The translations under genes were made by a program, and so were the position numbers. DNA of 64,000 bases from positions 1 through 64,000 of IMG/VR virus record IMGVR_UViG_3300036828_000755; one strand, given 5' to 3'. Numbering within the stretch: the stretch's first letter is position 1; the number at the start of each line of letters is the position of its first letter. Positions 35,996 to 46,500 of this stretch are shown here, piece after piece. Under the pieces are notes generated by a model. That model ran no database searches. It had not been told where the DNA came from and saw only the letters and a list, made by a program, of their open reading frames with translations. The stretch comes from a virus.

Positions 35996-38900
35996 CTAGT
36001 ACGTCACCTCCACCCCGTCCCAAGTAACACTGTTGCCAGCAGCATCTTGCGGAGGACTGTAGATCTCCCGAAATGGCTGATACTGCATTGGGTAGGAGTT
36101 ACCGTTGACGTCCACGGTTGCCACCTGGATAAGCACAGATGCCGAGGACAACTGAGTTACTACGCCGGACGCTACCGGAAAAGTTCCCCGAATAGTGGTA
36201 GCCGTTGACCCGTCTGAGTTAATTTTTGGGGTATAGAACGGAGTAAAGTTCCTCGCCAACACGATGAATACGGTGGTTGCATCAGGCATGATGTCCCACG
36301 TCCCGTTGATGGTGAACACCGTAGCTGTGTTAGAGGCAATCGTTTTTATGGAGCTGCCAAACCCAGTCCCACCAACTATCATAATGGAATTTCCGGCGTC
36401 CTGGTCTACGGTAAGCCCGTTTTGGCCATACCAGTTAACGAAATTTGGGTCACCGATCGTGTTGACCGTTATGGAGCTCGACATCGCCCTCATTACCACG
36501 ACATCTCCTGCCTTAAAGAGCTGGTTGCTATGCGCAATAAATTCAAGCGTGTTGAGCGTGCTTGTCGCTATCTTTGCGGTAGCTATCGGTTGAGGATTTG
36601 CGTTCGCCCTAAAATATAGGACGATCGTGTAGTTGACCCACTGTGAGTCTGTCCACTGCGCATCGTTGAACGTCAACGTCATAGGCCAGGTGTTGCCCAC
36701 CCTCTGGCCAAGTGTTACTTTCGAAATAACTTCCCCCCAAACACCGCCGTGGGCAATCTCGGTCTGCTGTATCTCAAACCCAAAGAAGTTTGGGTCCGGG
36801 AGACCTGAAAAGGTAGTATTATAGGCCGTCAACATCACGGTAGTCGGGTTCCCATTCGCATCTGTGTCAACGATTACTACCCCTGGACTCTGGTAAGTCA
36901 TGTGCAAGATGTCGGGTCCCATGTAGACCGACATGGATGAGGTTGTGCCCGAAGGCCAGTAAATCTTCGATATCGTGATCGTGTTGGTGTTAGTTCCCTG
37001 TGGAACCGTTGCATGTACCAGGATCGAGATGGGGCCCTCCAAACCGCCAGAGCTCAAGATAACGTAGTATGCTCCGGGAAGAATACTGCCGCCAGTATTG
37101 GCCGTGGTCGCAAACAGGGGGACTTGGGGAGGAGCATTCGTGGAAGCAACATTGACTGGGGCATTGCCGAAGATGTTGATCGTCCCCGGGACGTTCGAGA
37201 AATCAAAGGAAAAGTTGAATGTGTTCTGGCCACTGCTGAGGTTTAGGCCAGGTTTCCACGGGTATGGCAATCCGCCGTGCCTCCCTAACTGGGCTGCTCT
37301 CTGGAATGGGGCAGGGTCTTGACCATAGGCATCGGTATACCAGATGTCCTGGTGGAACCTAAATTGAAGTGTCCAACTTTCACCGTCTAGTCCTGGGGCA
37401 GCCGACATCAACCTCACTAGCTGGTTCGACATCCCAAGCTGGTCATAGTTCACGGCGCAGATGCAGCCGACCCTACTGGCAAGGTGAGCTGCCTTGGCTG
37501 TCGTCGTGAAACTAAAGAATTCGGTTCCTCCAGCGTCAAACCTGTTGTTGCCATACAGCGCCTTGGACAACTCCACGTTAGCTCGCCGAATAGCCTGGTC
37601 GAAGTTGTCTATCCCCATGACCTGCAGCTGCTCATCTATCCTTTGGTTTCCGGAGGACACATACCCGTCAGGGTCTATCAGCGTCAAGGAATCGACGACC
37701 CAGACGTTTGCCGAATCTTGGAAAGAGAACGCGACAGTGTTCGCCGTATCGTTGAGTGACCGACCCTCCAACTTCAACGAATCCTTGACGATTGAGTTGG
37801 CACCGTCGAACACGTAGGCCAAGTAACCGTTTGCCCCAGTCCCGTCTGCCCTCATAGAAGGATACGGGCTGTTGAAGTTTGACCCGTCTATGGGATCTGG
37901 TTGCTGGTCCGCAACCGTTAACTCAAGGTTGCACTGCAACTTGCCATTGGACGGGTTCCTGCTGAGCACTATCCCGGCACAATTCCTTATGCTTAGGACG
38001 GCCTGCGCAAAGGTTTGGCGGTTCGAGGTGGAAAAGCACAGGGAACACCTGAAACGGGCGTGCGTCGCCGAGTTGCCGTTGATGTCGGTGTAGCTTATCT
38101 GTTGGGCGCAAATCGAAGCAGCATTATACCACGTCGGCACGTCGAAGTCAGACAAGACGAACGGGCCCCAGATCGCAAGCAAGTCCATCAGTACCCAAAC
38201 GGGATTTGCCGAAGTTATCGAAGTTAAGTTAGCGTCGAGGCCTGGCACAGAAACAACGCCGTCGCTGTAGCCCACGTCCACCGTAAGTGGGAGGTAGAAC
38301 ACCGCCCCACCCGTCCCAGACCACCCGCCAGGGATAGTCACAACCCCTGGTGGGCCAGCAGCCACGGCAGAGGTGACGTACGAACCGTCCGGGACGCCGG
38401 AATTCCCCGACACGTAGATCGTCATCCCGACGGTGATGTCGATGTTGGTTGCTCCAGGACCAAACGTCAAGTCCGTGTTGGCCCCATTCGACGTAGCAGT
38501 AGTTACCTCGTACGCGTGCAGGCAGTTTGGGAAATCTACCAGGACCTGGACACTCGGTATGGAACCAGGCGCAGCAAGTTGGGAGAGGATCACCACCTCT
38601 ATGACGCACTGCGAACCGTGCGGGTCCCCCTTACTATCGTAGATCTTGTCACCATTGACGTAGCCATTCCTTCCCCCTCCCCTGCGAGAGCCATCGGCCG
38701 CGCCCATGACCCTAAAGGTGAACGTGACATCAGAACTATTGAACGGGATGTCGACGCCATTAGCTATGACCTTCTTCACTGTGGCTGGTTGAACTGGGGC
38801 CATGCAAACCACGCACTCGGCCCTGTCTGAGTTCGGGTCACCGGCTGGGGCAAGCACGGTGGCGTCCACGAACTGCGACCCATACCCAATGTTGTAGAAC

Positions 38901-39832
38901 GTCGTGCCAGTGGCGGGATTCGGGGTGTTGAACCCGTACTGATATGCTGCTCCTGGGTTGGTGTACTGCGTCCCTCCCCACCCTTGTGGGGCCAACCAAA
39001 CATTGCCAGGGAAGCGAGCTGTCGCGTTCCCTTGCTGATCTTTCGTGATGTCGCCGTCGGGGGCAAGTGTCCCTGAGTAGTTTCCCAACCTAGCCATGCA
39101 CCCTTGCGTCAAGGTCTTCTTGCCCGAACCACAGGACCTGGTGTAGTCGCACATCACGTACAGACCATTGCCATCCGTTATCTTGTCACCGTTCGGGTCA
39201 GTCAAGTTGGCGGTCGTCCTGTTTCCTGGGCCACCCTGGTCTGGGGAATAGCCACAACCCCAGTACGGGGAGAATGGGTTAATGAGCCCATCAAGCCTTT
39301 GCGCGGCGGTGCTCGGGAATTGGAAACTACACCGATTTTGGTTTGGGAAATTCGGGACAAACAACCTTGTCAAGCTCTGGCGAGCTTGCGCAGAAACGGT
39401 AAGGATGCCGTTCCCGGTTATGTTCGGCTTATCGAGTATGAAGTCCCAGGAGTAATAGTTCGTCGAAAACGCGTTCGTCGGGATGTCCCAAAGCAAGAAA
39501 ATGACCTTGACTGTTCCTCCCCTCCACCCGTGGGAATTTGCGTGGTTGTTCCAGATCTCAAAATCCCCGTCCGCAATCTCAAGTGAAATCGACCCCGGGA
39601 TATCGTACCCCTGCTGGGACAATGCCTGTATCTGCTCAATCGTGTTCTGGACCAGCCTCGACTGGTACGTGTTCCCGTTATACGTAACATCGATGGCACC
39701 TAAGCTAGGGGTAGTGGAGAACCTGCACACGTCCCCGTCAACGGCGGTGATCTCACACAAGACAAGTGGCTTAGGAATTGGCCCATACGGGACAACCCCT
39801 GTTTCTTTCCCTTGCTCGATGGTGAACGCCAT
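35996..39832 (-). CDS. Tail tip / host-specificity (gpJ-like) protein
   Basis: 1278 aa, downstream of the distal-tail gene; NPVWVLMDLL and ANTVAFSFQD patterns of phage tail hub proteins; Cys cluster near the N-terminus. Confidence 0.75.
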   Translation of the reverse strand: MAFTIEQGKETGVVPYGPIPKPLVLCEITAVDGDVCRFSTTPSLGAIDVTYNGNTYQSRLVQNTIEQIQALSQQGYDIPGSISLEIADGDFEIWNNHANSHGWRGGTVKVIFLLWDIPTNAFSTNYYSWDFILDKPNITGNGILTVSAQARQSLTRLFVPNFPNQNRCSFQFPSTAAQRLDGLINPFSPYWGCGYSPDQGGPGNRTTANLTDPNGDKITDGNGLYVMCDYTRSCGSGKKTLTQGCMARLGNYSGTLAPDGDITKDQQGNATARFPGNVWLAPQGWGGTQYTNPGAAYQYGFNTPNPATGTTFYNIGYGSQFVDATVLAPAGDPNSDRAECVVCMAPVQPATVKKVIANGVDIPFNSSDVTFTFRVMGAADGSRRGGGRNGYVNGDKIYDSKGDPHGSQCVIEVVILSQLAAPGSIPSVQVLVDFPNCLHAYEVTTATSNGANTDLTFGPGATNIDITVGMTIYVSGNSGVPDGSYVTSAVAAGPPGVVTIPGGWSGTGGAVFYLPLTVDVGYSDGVVSVPGLDANLTSITSANPVWVLMDLLAIWGPFVLSDFDVPTWYNAASICAQQISYTDINGNSATHARFRCSLCFSTSNRQTFAQAVLSIRNCAGIVLSRNPSNGKLQCNLELTVADQQPDPIDGSNFNSPYPSMRADGTGANGYLAYVFDGANSIVKDSLKLEGRSLNDTANTVAFSFQDSANVWVVDSLTLIDPDGYVSSGNQRIDEQLQVMGIDNFDQAIRRANVELSKALYGNNRFDAGGTEFFSFTTTAKAAHLASRVGCICAVNYDQLGMSNQLVRLMSAAPGLDGESWTLQFRFHQDIWYTDAYGQDPAPFQRAAQLGRHGGLPYPWKPGLNLSSGQNTFNFSFDFSNVPGTINIFGNAPVNVASTNAPPQVPLFATTANTGGSILPGAYYVILSSGGLEGPISILVHATVPQGTNTNTITISKIYWPSGTTSSMSVYMGPDILHMTYQSPGVVIVDTDANGNPTTVMLTAYNTTFSGLPDPNFFGFEIQQTEIAHGGVWGEVISKVTLGQRVGNTWPMTLTFNDAQWTDSQWVNYTIVLYFRANANPQPIATAKIATSTLNTLEFIAHSNQLFKAGDVVVMRAMSSSITVNTIGDPNFVNWYGQNGLTVDQDAGNSIMIVGGTGFGSSIKTIASNTATVFTINGTWDIMPDATTVFIVLARNFTPFYTPKINSDGSTATTIRGTFPVASGVVTQLSSASVLIQVATVDVNGNSYPMQYQPFREIYSPPQDAAGNSVTWDGVEVTY

Positions 39833-39838
39833 AGTAGT

Positions 39839-40594
39839 TTAAAACGTGTTCTCTAGGGAAACCTGGACATCTGTCTCGTCTGGTCCGCTGCACGTGAACG
39901 ACAAATCGTCTGACCCATACCTTACCGTAAAACTTTGCCCATCCTCGTCAACGAACGGGAATAGGTACGCCATCCCCCAGTTGGCGATGAAGTGCGACTT
40001 AAGGTTGGCGAACTCAGCATCCCTGAGTCGCTGATAGGAAAGCATCCACCCCATCAAACCGTCTGTAGGATACCCCGAAAGTCCCCCGCCAAATTCTGGG
40101 GAAGTGTACTTGATGCCCGGCCTAGTCTTCGTCACGATTGTCTGGAAATTCTTCTTCTGTGAATAGGGCAGCGTGCTGATGGCCCCGTTCCACAAGACGG
40201 GGAACCGCAGGCCAGCTTGTCCTGGGGAATAGTTCTGCGTAACTGTCTGTGTCAAGCTCAACGGCGCGTCGTAGTACGTGCTCTTGTTTTCGGAACCAAT
40301 GAAGCTGTCAGAGTCAAGGCTCAGGTTGTCGTACGTGTCGGGTCCAAGGGTCAACGTTAGGTCTGTCCCATACTGGCCCAAGGAACCAGTAACGGCATTC
40401 TTGATCACGTTCTTCTGGGCCTGGCTCAGTATGGCGTACGGAAGTTGGAAGCTGAACAACGCAGAAGGCTGGACAACGTACCTCTGCTCGGAACCGTTCT
40501 GGAACCTCCCAATCACGGTCTTAAAAGAGATGGTCATCGTGAACGGGTAAAGGGCCGCGGACGTTCCCCTGATAATTGGCAGTGGTACTGGCAT
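39839..40594 (-). CDS. Distal tail / minor tail protein (DUF2460-like)
   Basis: Directly after the tape measure gene; GSEQRY motif and an internal two-fold repeat. Confidence 0.65.
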   Translation of the reverse strand: MPVPLPIIRGTSAALYPFTMTISFKTVIGRFQNGSEQRYVVQPSALFSFQLPYAILSQAQKNVIKNAVTGSLGQYGTDLTLTLGPDTYDNLSLDSDSFIGSENKSTYYDAPLSLTQTVTQNYSPGQAGLRFPVLWNGAISTLPYSQKKNFQTIVTKTRPGIKYTSPEFGGGLSGYPTDGLMGWMLSYQRLRDAEFANLKSHFIANWGMAYLFPFVDEDGQSFTVRYGSDDLSFTCSGPDETDVQVSLENTF

Positions 40595-40597
40595 GGT

Positions 40598-43500
40598 CTA
40601 CCTCGCTGCCCTCTGGACTTCCCTCGTTAGTAGGCTGTGTCCATCTTGCAAAGATTTAGCCGTCGCAAGCCCAACAGACCTGTTATTCTTCTGCAAATAA
40701 TCGTGGAAGCTGTTCGCGTCAAGCGTATGAACCGTGTAGTTGTTGTTGACCGTTACAGGGGGTTGTGGGGTAGGCGTGCGAGCCCCCGGGTTCACGATGG
40801 AGCCGAACTGGCTAGTCTGACCGCCCGGGACGTCGTAGTAGGTCGGTGGCCCGCCCAACAGCCCGTGCGTTTGCTTCCACACGAATCCCTGCGTGACGAG
40901 CGGGTACGGGCTAAAGTTGGAGGTGCGGAGTTGCCCCTTGACCCCTATGTCGGCGAAGGTCCCGGCAGAACTCGCCGTCACGTTCAAGGCTTGCGGGGCG
41001 AGGTACTGCCTCGCTTGAAGCATGTTGGATATGTCCTGGGCCCTCCTTGCAGGATTATTTATCATGCTACCGACGAGGGACGTCCCCATAGCCACACCAG
41101 CGAGTATCGCCTTTGAGATTGGCTCCGGGTCAATTATGGCGGCAGCCCCCAGCAGTGCCCCGGTTCCCTCGAGAGCTCCCCCAGCGCCGCCCCTCCTGAA
41201 GTCCTTGACTGCCTGGTAGGCCGCTATCCCTGCGGCCGCAACGCTCACGGCTGTGCCTATCGTGTTGGCCTGCGTCACAGCTGGCCTAGGACTGACGGGA
41301 GCAAGCGGTGGAAGTTCTTCTTCACCAGTGTCTATCCCAGGACTCACCGGGGCAAGCGGAGGTAAATCTTCTCCCTGGTATGCGCTAGCAAAGGCAAGTC
41401 CACCTCCACCTCCACCAATCAACGGAGTCCCTGCCAGGGCCCCGGCATTGCCGGAAAGGATTGATGCGTCCTGCCCAGGAAACAACGTTTCTGAACGATC
41501 TTGGTAAGCTTGGTCATCAAAGCTTATCGCAGTCGAGGTAGCAACTCCCCTATCCCCAGGCTGGTACCCAGGAAGCTGTGGATTCATGAACCCGAACTGG
41601 TAAGGCGTTATGGAGGGAGTGCCTCCCCACTCTGGGCCAAGGTTTGGGGGACCAACCCACCCGACCCTCCCACCGCCAAGGGCACCCATTGTCCCGCCAC
41701 TCGAGAGTCCGGGGGTAATTCCCAGGTTCTTCTCCATCTCGAGAAGTCTTGCCGTCAACCTGTTCAAGGCGTCGGTATTCTTGTCGGTGGCCGTGGTATT
41801 TTTCACGGTGACCACGTTCAACTGCGCGTCGATCTCCTCCTTTGTCGGGACCTTGGTGCCGAGCATCGTCCCACTCAGCATCTTCCCAAGCCAGGTGGGG
41901 GTGTGCACCGGATTACCTTGCTTGTCATACGTCACATTTTCCAACCCGGGCAAGAACATCTTGACGTCCTTCAACGTGTCGACCATGAAGTTCCCGAAAA
42001 CCTTGGAACCAAAACTCCTGAACTGGTCAGTCATGAAGCTCTTTATCGCGGGACCACGGTTGTACTGTGAGAAAGCTTGGAAGATTCCCTCGGAGAGGCT
42101 CCTGATCTCCTCGAGGTGCTGCTTGCGAAGGTCAAGCATCTGCTTGAGCTTCTCCATCTCAGCCTCACGAATTTGTTCTTCCTTCGTCTGTTCTGCCTCA
42201 AGTGTCTGGTCCCTGGCCTCGAACTCGGCCTGGATGTTCTTTAGCCGAAGCGTGTGTATGTTCTCGGCCGCAGCCATCTCCTCGTTCTGGCCAACGGCAA
42301 TACCCTGCAAGTATTCAACCCTGCTTTGCGTAACTTCGCCGATAGACTTGGCAAGCCTCTCACGGGCAGTATCGATCTCTTGCTCAACAACCTTTATGCT
42401 GTCGATCGCAGCCCTTGAGTTGGCCTGAGCCATGGCCAAGTCCCTCTGATTCTTCAAGGGGCCCTGACCCTCTATCGTTGTATATTTCTTGCGTTCCTCG
42501 TACGCTTCCTCAATCTCAGCAACCTGAGCTTTTCGGGTTCGCTGGATCTCGTCCAATGCCCTGTAAGCTGGAGACTGTCGCTTGTTAGCCTTAGCACTGA
42601 TCGTGCGATCGATCTGCATCGCAAGGTCTTGGCTGTCCTTGAACATGGCGATGCGCTGTTCAGCATCAGAGCCCAGCAGTTCCTTGTTATACCTCTTAAT
42701 ACCAGTGGTAAGCTCATCGAAGATTGCTACCTGTTCTTCAAGTCTCTTGTTTTCATCCTGGATTCCGCTTGTTGAGTCCATCCGAATCTGGGCTGCCGCA
42801 GTCATTGCATCGACGACGCTTCCGGTAGCTCCAGGTTTATCGAGGAGGTCCTGGGCAGCGATGCTAGCATCCCGAAGCTGTGACTTCTCCAACATCGCCT
42901 GGGTTGCCCGCTTTCTTTCGGTATCAAGTCGAATGATTGCGCTGTCCCTCTCAACTTCATTCGCGACGACCTGCTTATTATAGTCGTCAACATTATTCAA
43001 GAGTTTCAACGTCTTCTTGGCCGTGTTTTCCTTAACAATGTAAACGTCCAATATCGCCTGCTTCTCAGAGGCATAGTTCCCAATCGTGACGTTGGACTGG
43101 ATCTTCTCAATCGCCAGCTGATCCCTGGTCTGCCCAATCTGGGCCTGGGTCATCCTGTTAAGTTTACCAAGTTGGATGTCGCGGTTTTCCACAGCTTTAT
43201 CAGTAACATTCTTCCTGAGTTGGTCAAAATTCTCGAGTCTCTTCCTTCCAAGTTCACCGCCACCCAGCCCGGTAACCATCAGGTCTAGTTGGCGCTTCGC
43301 AACAGGATCATTAGCCTTGGCTCCTGCCTGCACCTCCTTGATCTTTTTTCCTAAAACGTCTATGTTAGCAATTTCTTGCTCATAGTCGAGCATGATCTTC
43401 TCACGAGGACTCCCCATCGACTTACGGGCACGAAGACCAACGTTGCCAAGTTCGCTGTACTTTTCATCAAGCTTATTCAACTTACCCTCGGCCTCAAGCA

Positions 43501-46500
43501 TCTCAGAAATGAATGCCTGGATCTGTGCCCTCTCGGTATTGATGATCAAGACATCGCCCTTTGCTTCTGCTTCACTCGCAGCCTTTTGGAGGTCGCTCTC
43601 CCTCACGATGGCGCCAGGCTTAACGGTGCCACCAGTATAGGCAGAAAACTTCTTCGCGAGTTCTTCCTGACTTTCTTTTTTTCGCTGACCCTCAGATTTC
43701 TTACGAGAAAACGAGCTAAACAACGTCCCAAACATCCCTAGTTCAGGATTCCCCTCAAAACCCGCCAAGAGCGCGCTCAAGACCCCATTCTTTCCCTTAA
43801 TATCTGCGATATACTTATCAAGGGCCTTAACACGGGCGTTATATTCCTCGCCGAGCCTACCTGTGAGATCTTCCTCAAGCACCATCCTGGTGCTTATGTC
43901 AGCTTTTATTTGCTCGAGTAATTGGTTTCTACTAGCCATGGCTTCTGGAGAACCGTCGCCAGAAGACTTACTTAACTTGTCAAAATCTGCAGCTGTTTTC
44001 TTCTTATAAAAATCTACGCGTTCCTTGGAATTGTCGGCGATGTCCTTGGCAGCGTCCTCGTTCATCATACCGTATGCGGCCAGGCCAACGGCTGCTGACG
44101 CAACCTTGAGTGGCAGTGGGATCACGGGTGTTGCCGCAAGAAACCTCATGAAAGAAAACGTGCCTAAGGCGCCCAAGGCTGCTGATATCGCTGTAAGAAC
44201 CTTTGCATACCTTGCCATGGCAGCAGAATTGTCGTCGGCGTACTTCACACCCTTTGACAGCATGCCAACAAACTTCGTAAACTCTGGCAAAAATGCCTTG
44301 CCAACCGAGTACTGCAGCTCAACCACGTTTTGCTCAAAAAGCTTAAGCTGTCCACCGGCCGTCATTAGGGACTTCTCATAAAGTCCATTAGCCTTTGCTC
44401 CCTCAAGGATAACGGCATTGAGCAAAGCTTGACGCTTCTCAACCTCGCTAGCAGGGCCAGTTTTTCCCTCAGCCTTTCGCTCTATGTTTAGCTGACGATT
44501 GACCTGCAACATGCTCACCGGGAGACCCATGCGGTGCAATGTCATGGTTAATCCGGTTGAGATGCCGGTAATGAGCCTCTCAGCTGCCTCAGACGGTGTT
44601 TGACCTGTGATTACCGAAACATTCTGAGCAACCTTGGCTAGCTGACCAGCCTTGCCAACATCAAGTTGCGCAAATATCATCTTCTGGACAAGCTGATTAG
44701 CAGACTCAGTTGTCATATTGAGCTTCTTAACGTTCTGGACGCTCCCCATCACGGCGTCAACGTCAAGCGCATTTATCTTGGCTATTTCCTTAGTAGAAAA
44801 CACCAGCGTGTCAACCTGCGCAGCATAGGTCGCCATCTGCTTAACGCCAGCAAAAACGGCTGACCCAGCCGACGCCAACATCGATGCCCCGACCCCAAAC
44901 CCGAGGTATCCTTCCCTGGAGCCAAACGCCCGACCACCACCGCCGCCACCACCCGCGCCACCGCCGGGCCCGCCCCCGCCAGGACCACCACCCCTGGCAT
45001 CCTCTGACTTGACGTACCTTACCTTTGCCTCGTACTCTTTTCTGTAAGCTGTCTGCCTCTTCTTACTCTGGTCTTCTTCCTTCTTATTTATGTCCATCTG
45101 GATCTTGGTAGAAGTCCCAGCAAACTTCCTCTCGTTGTCTATCCTAGCCTGGTCAGCCTTTTCCCTGGCCGCGGCCCTCCTCTTCTCGATCAAGCCTATC
45201 TGATTATCGATCTGCTCCTCAGCCGCGACCCGACCCTCGCCAACATCCGAAATCTTCGACTTGGCCCTCTCCTCGAGCGTACGACCACCGAGCATCGTGT
45301 AGTATCTTTTCTCATACTGCTGCCTGGCTTCTTCCAACTCAGCCGAACCACCGTACATAGCCCTCGCTGCTGCGGTCGAGGTCTGCCTTCGAAGAGTCTC
45401 CAACTTATCGAACTTGGGAAATGGCCCTTCCTGCCCCGGCTCAAGTCCCCAGTCACCGGGAGACAACCGACTTGCCTCACTCCTGTACCTAGCCCTTATC
45501 ATCCTAAGCTGAGGGTCACGAATCGAACTCTCCAATCTTTCTTGTATGTCCGCATCAGTAAGCCCGAGCCTTTTCTTGGAAGCACGAAGTTTTCTCCCAA
45601 GACGACCCTGGGCCTTTACCGCGTCGCTGTAGCGCTTCTCTGCATCTAGCTCAGCAAAAGCTAGGTTAGTCGTCCTCTCCTCGTAGGTGCCCTGGATTCC
45701 CTCGAGGCGACCTCGTGCGATTCGTGTGATAGCAGCCCGGCGAGCTTGCAGCCTGGATACCTGGGCATCGAACGAGGCCTCAGTCCCAGCTAAGCCTAAT
45801 CCTAGCGCAGATTCCCTGGACCCACGACGCCTCGCGGCTTCCTCCATCTTTGCCTTAGCAGTAACATCCCTGAATTCGTTTAGTTTACGGGCAGCAGCAT
45901 CAACGGCGTCGGCCAGGTTCTTGAGCCTTGACTGAAGAGCATCGTACCTCATCTGCGCCCGAGGATCATCAGCACTTGGCGGTCCAAAGGGCGCTCCCCT
46001 GTTTACCCTAGACTCGGCCGACTCTGGCGGCTCGAGGGGGTGGCGACCAGCCTTCGTTCGATCCCGCATCTCCTTGATTTTCCGGTACAAGGGATACAGT
46101 CCAAAGGACATGAAGTCAAGGTTACCAAACCCAGCCTCACTACCACCCCTCCCACCCCCAAGGTCGCCCATCCCCCTCAATGCCTCACCAATGAGGTTTC
46201 GGTGGGCACGGGGTTGGAAACTGGCACCGGTGGCCCCCGAGAAGAAATCCCTCTGTGCTTGGGCAATCTTCGCAGCCGCTAGGCGCCTACCGATTACTTG
46301 TCCCTCGGTCATTATCGAGGTAAGTCCCCTGAACCTGGGGTCCTCGAAACCGACCTGGTTAGCCATCTGCGCAGCCGGGCGAATAGCTAACATGGCTGGC
46401 TTTTCCCGATATCTACTAATGAACGAAGCGATCGCTTTTTGACTATATGGGGGAGCCGCGCGCTGCGCCCACGGCGAACTCAGCATGCTGGCAAATTCTG

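Noticed and set aside
41284-41375. Short duplicated LPPLAPVSP motif in the tape measure C-terminus
   Set aside because: It is a real two-copy micro-duplication in a low-complexity linker, with no evidence of function.
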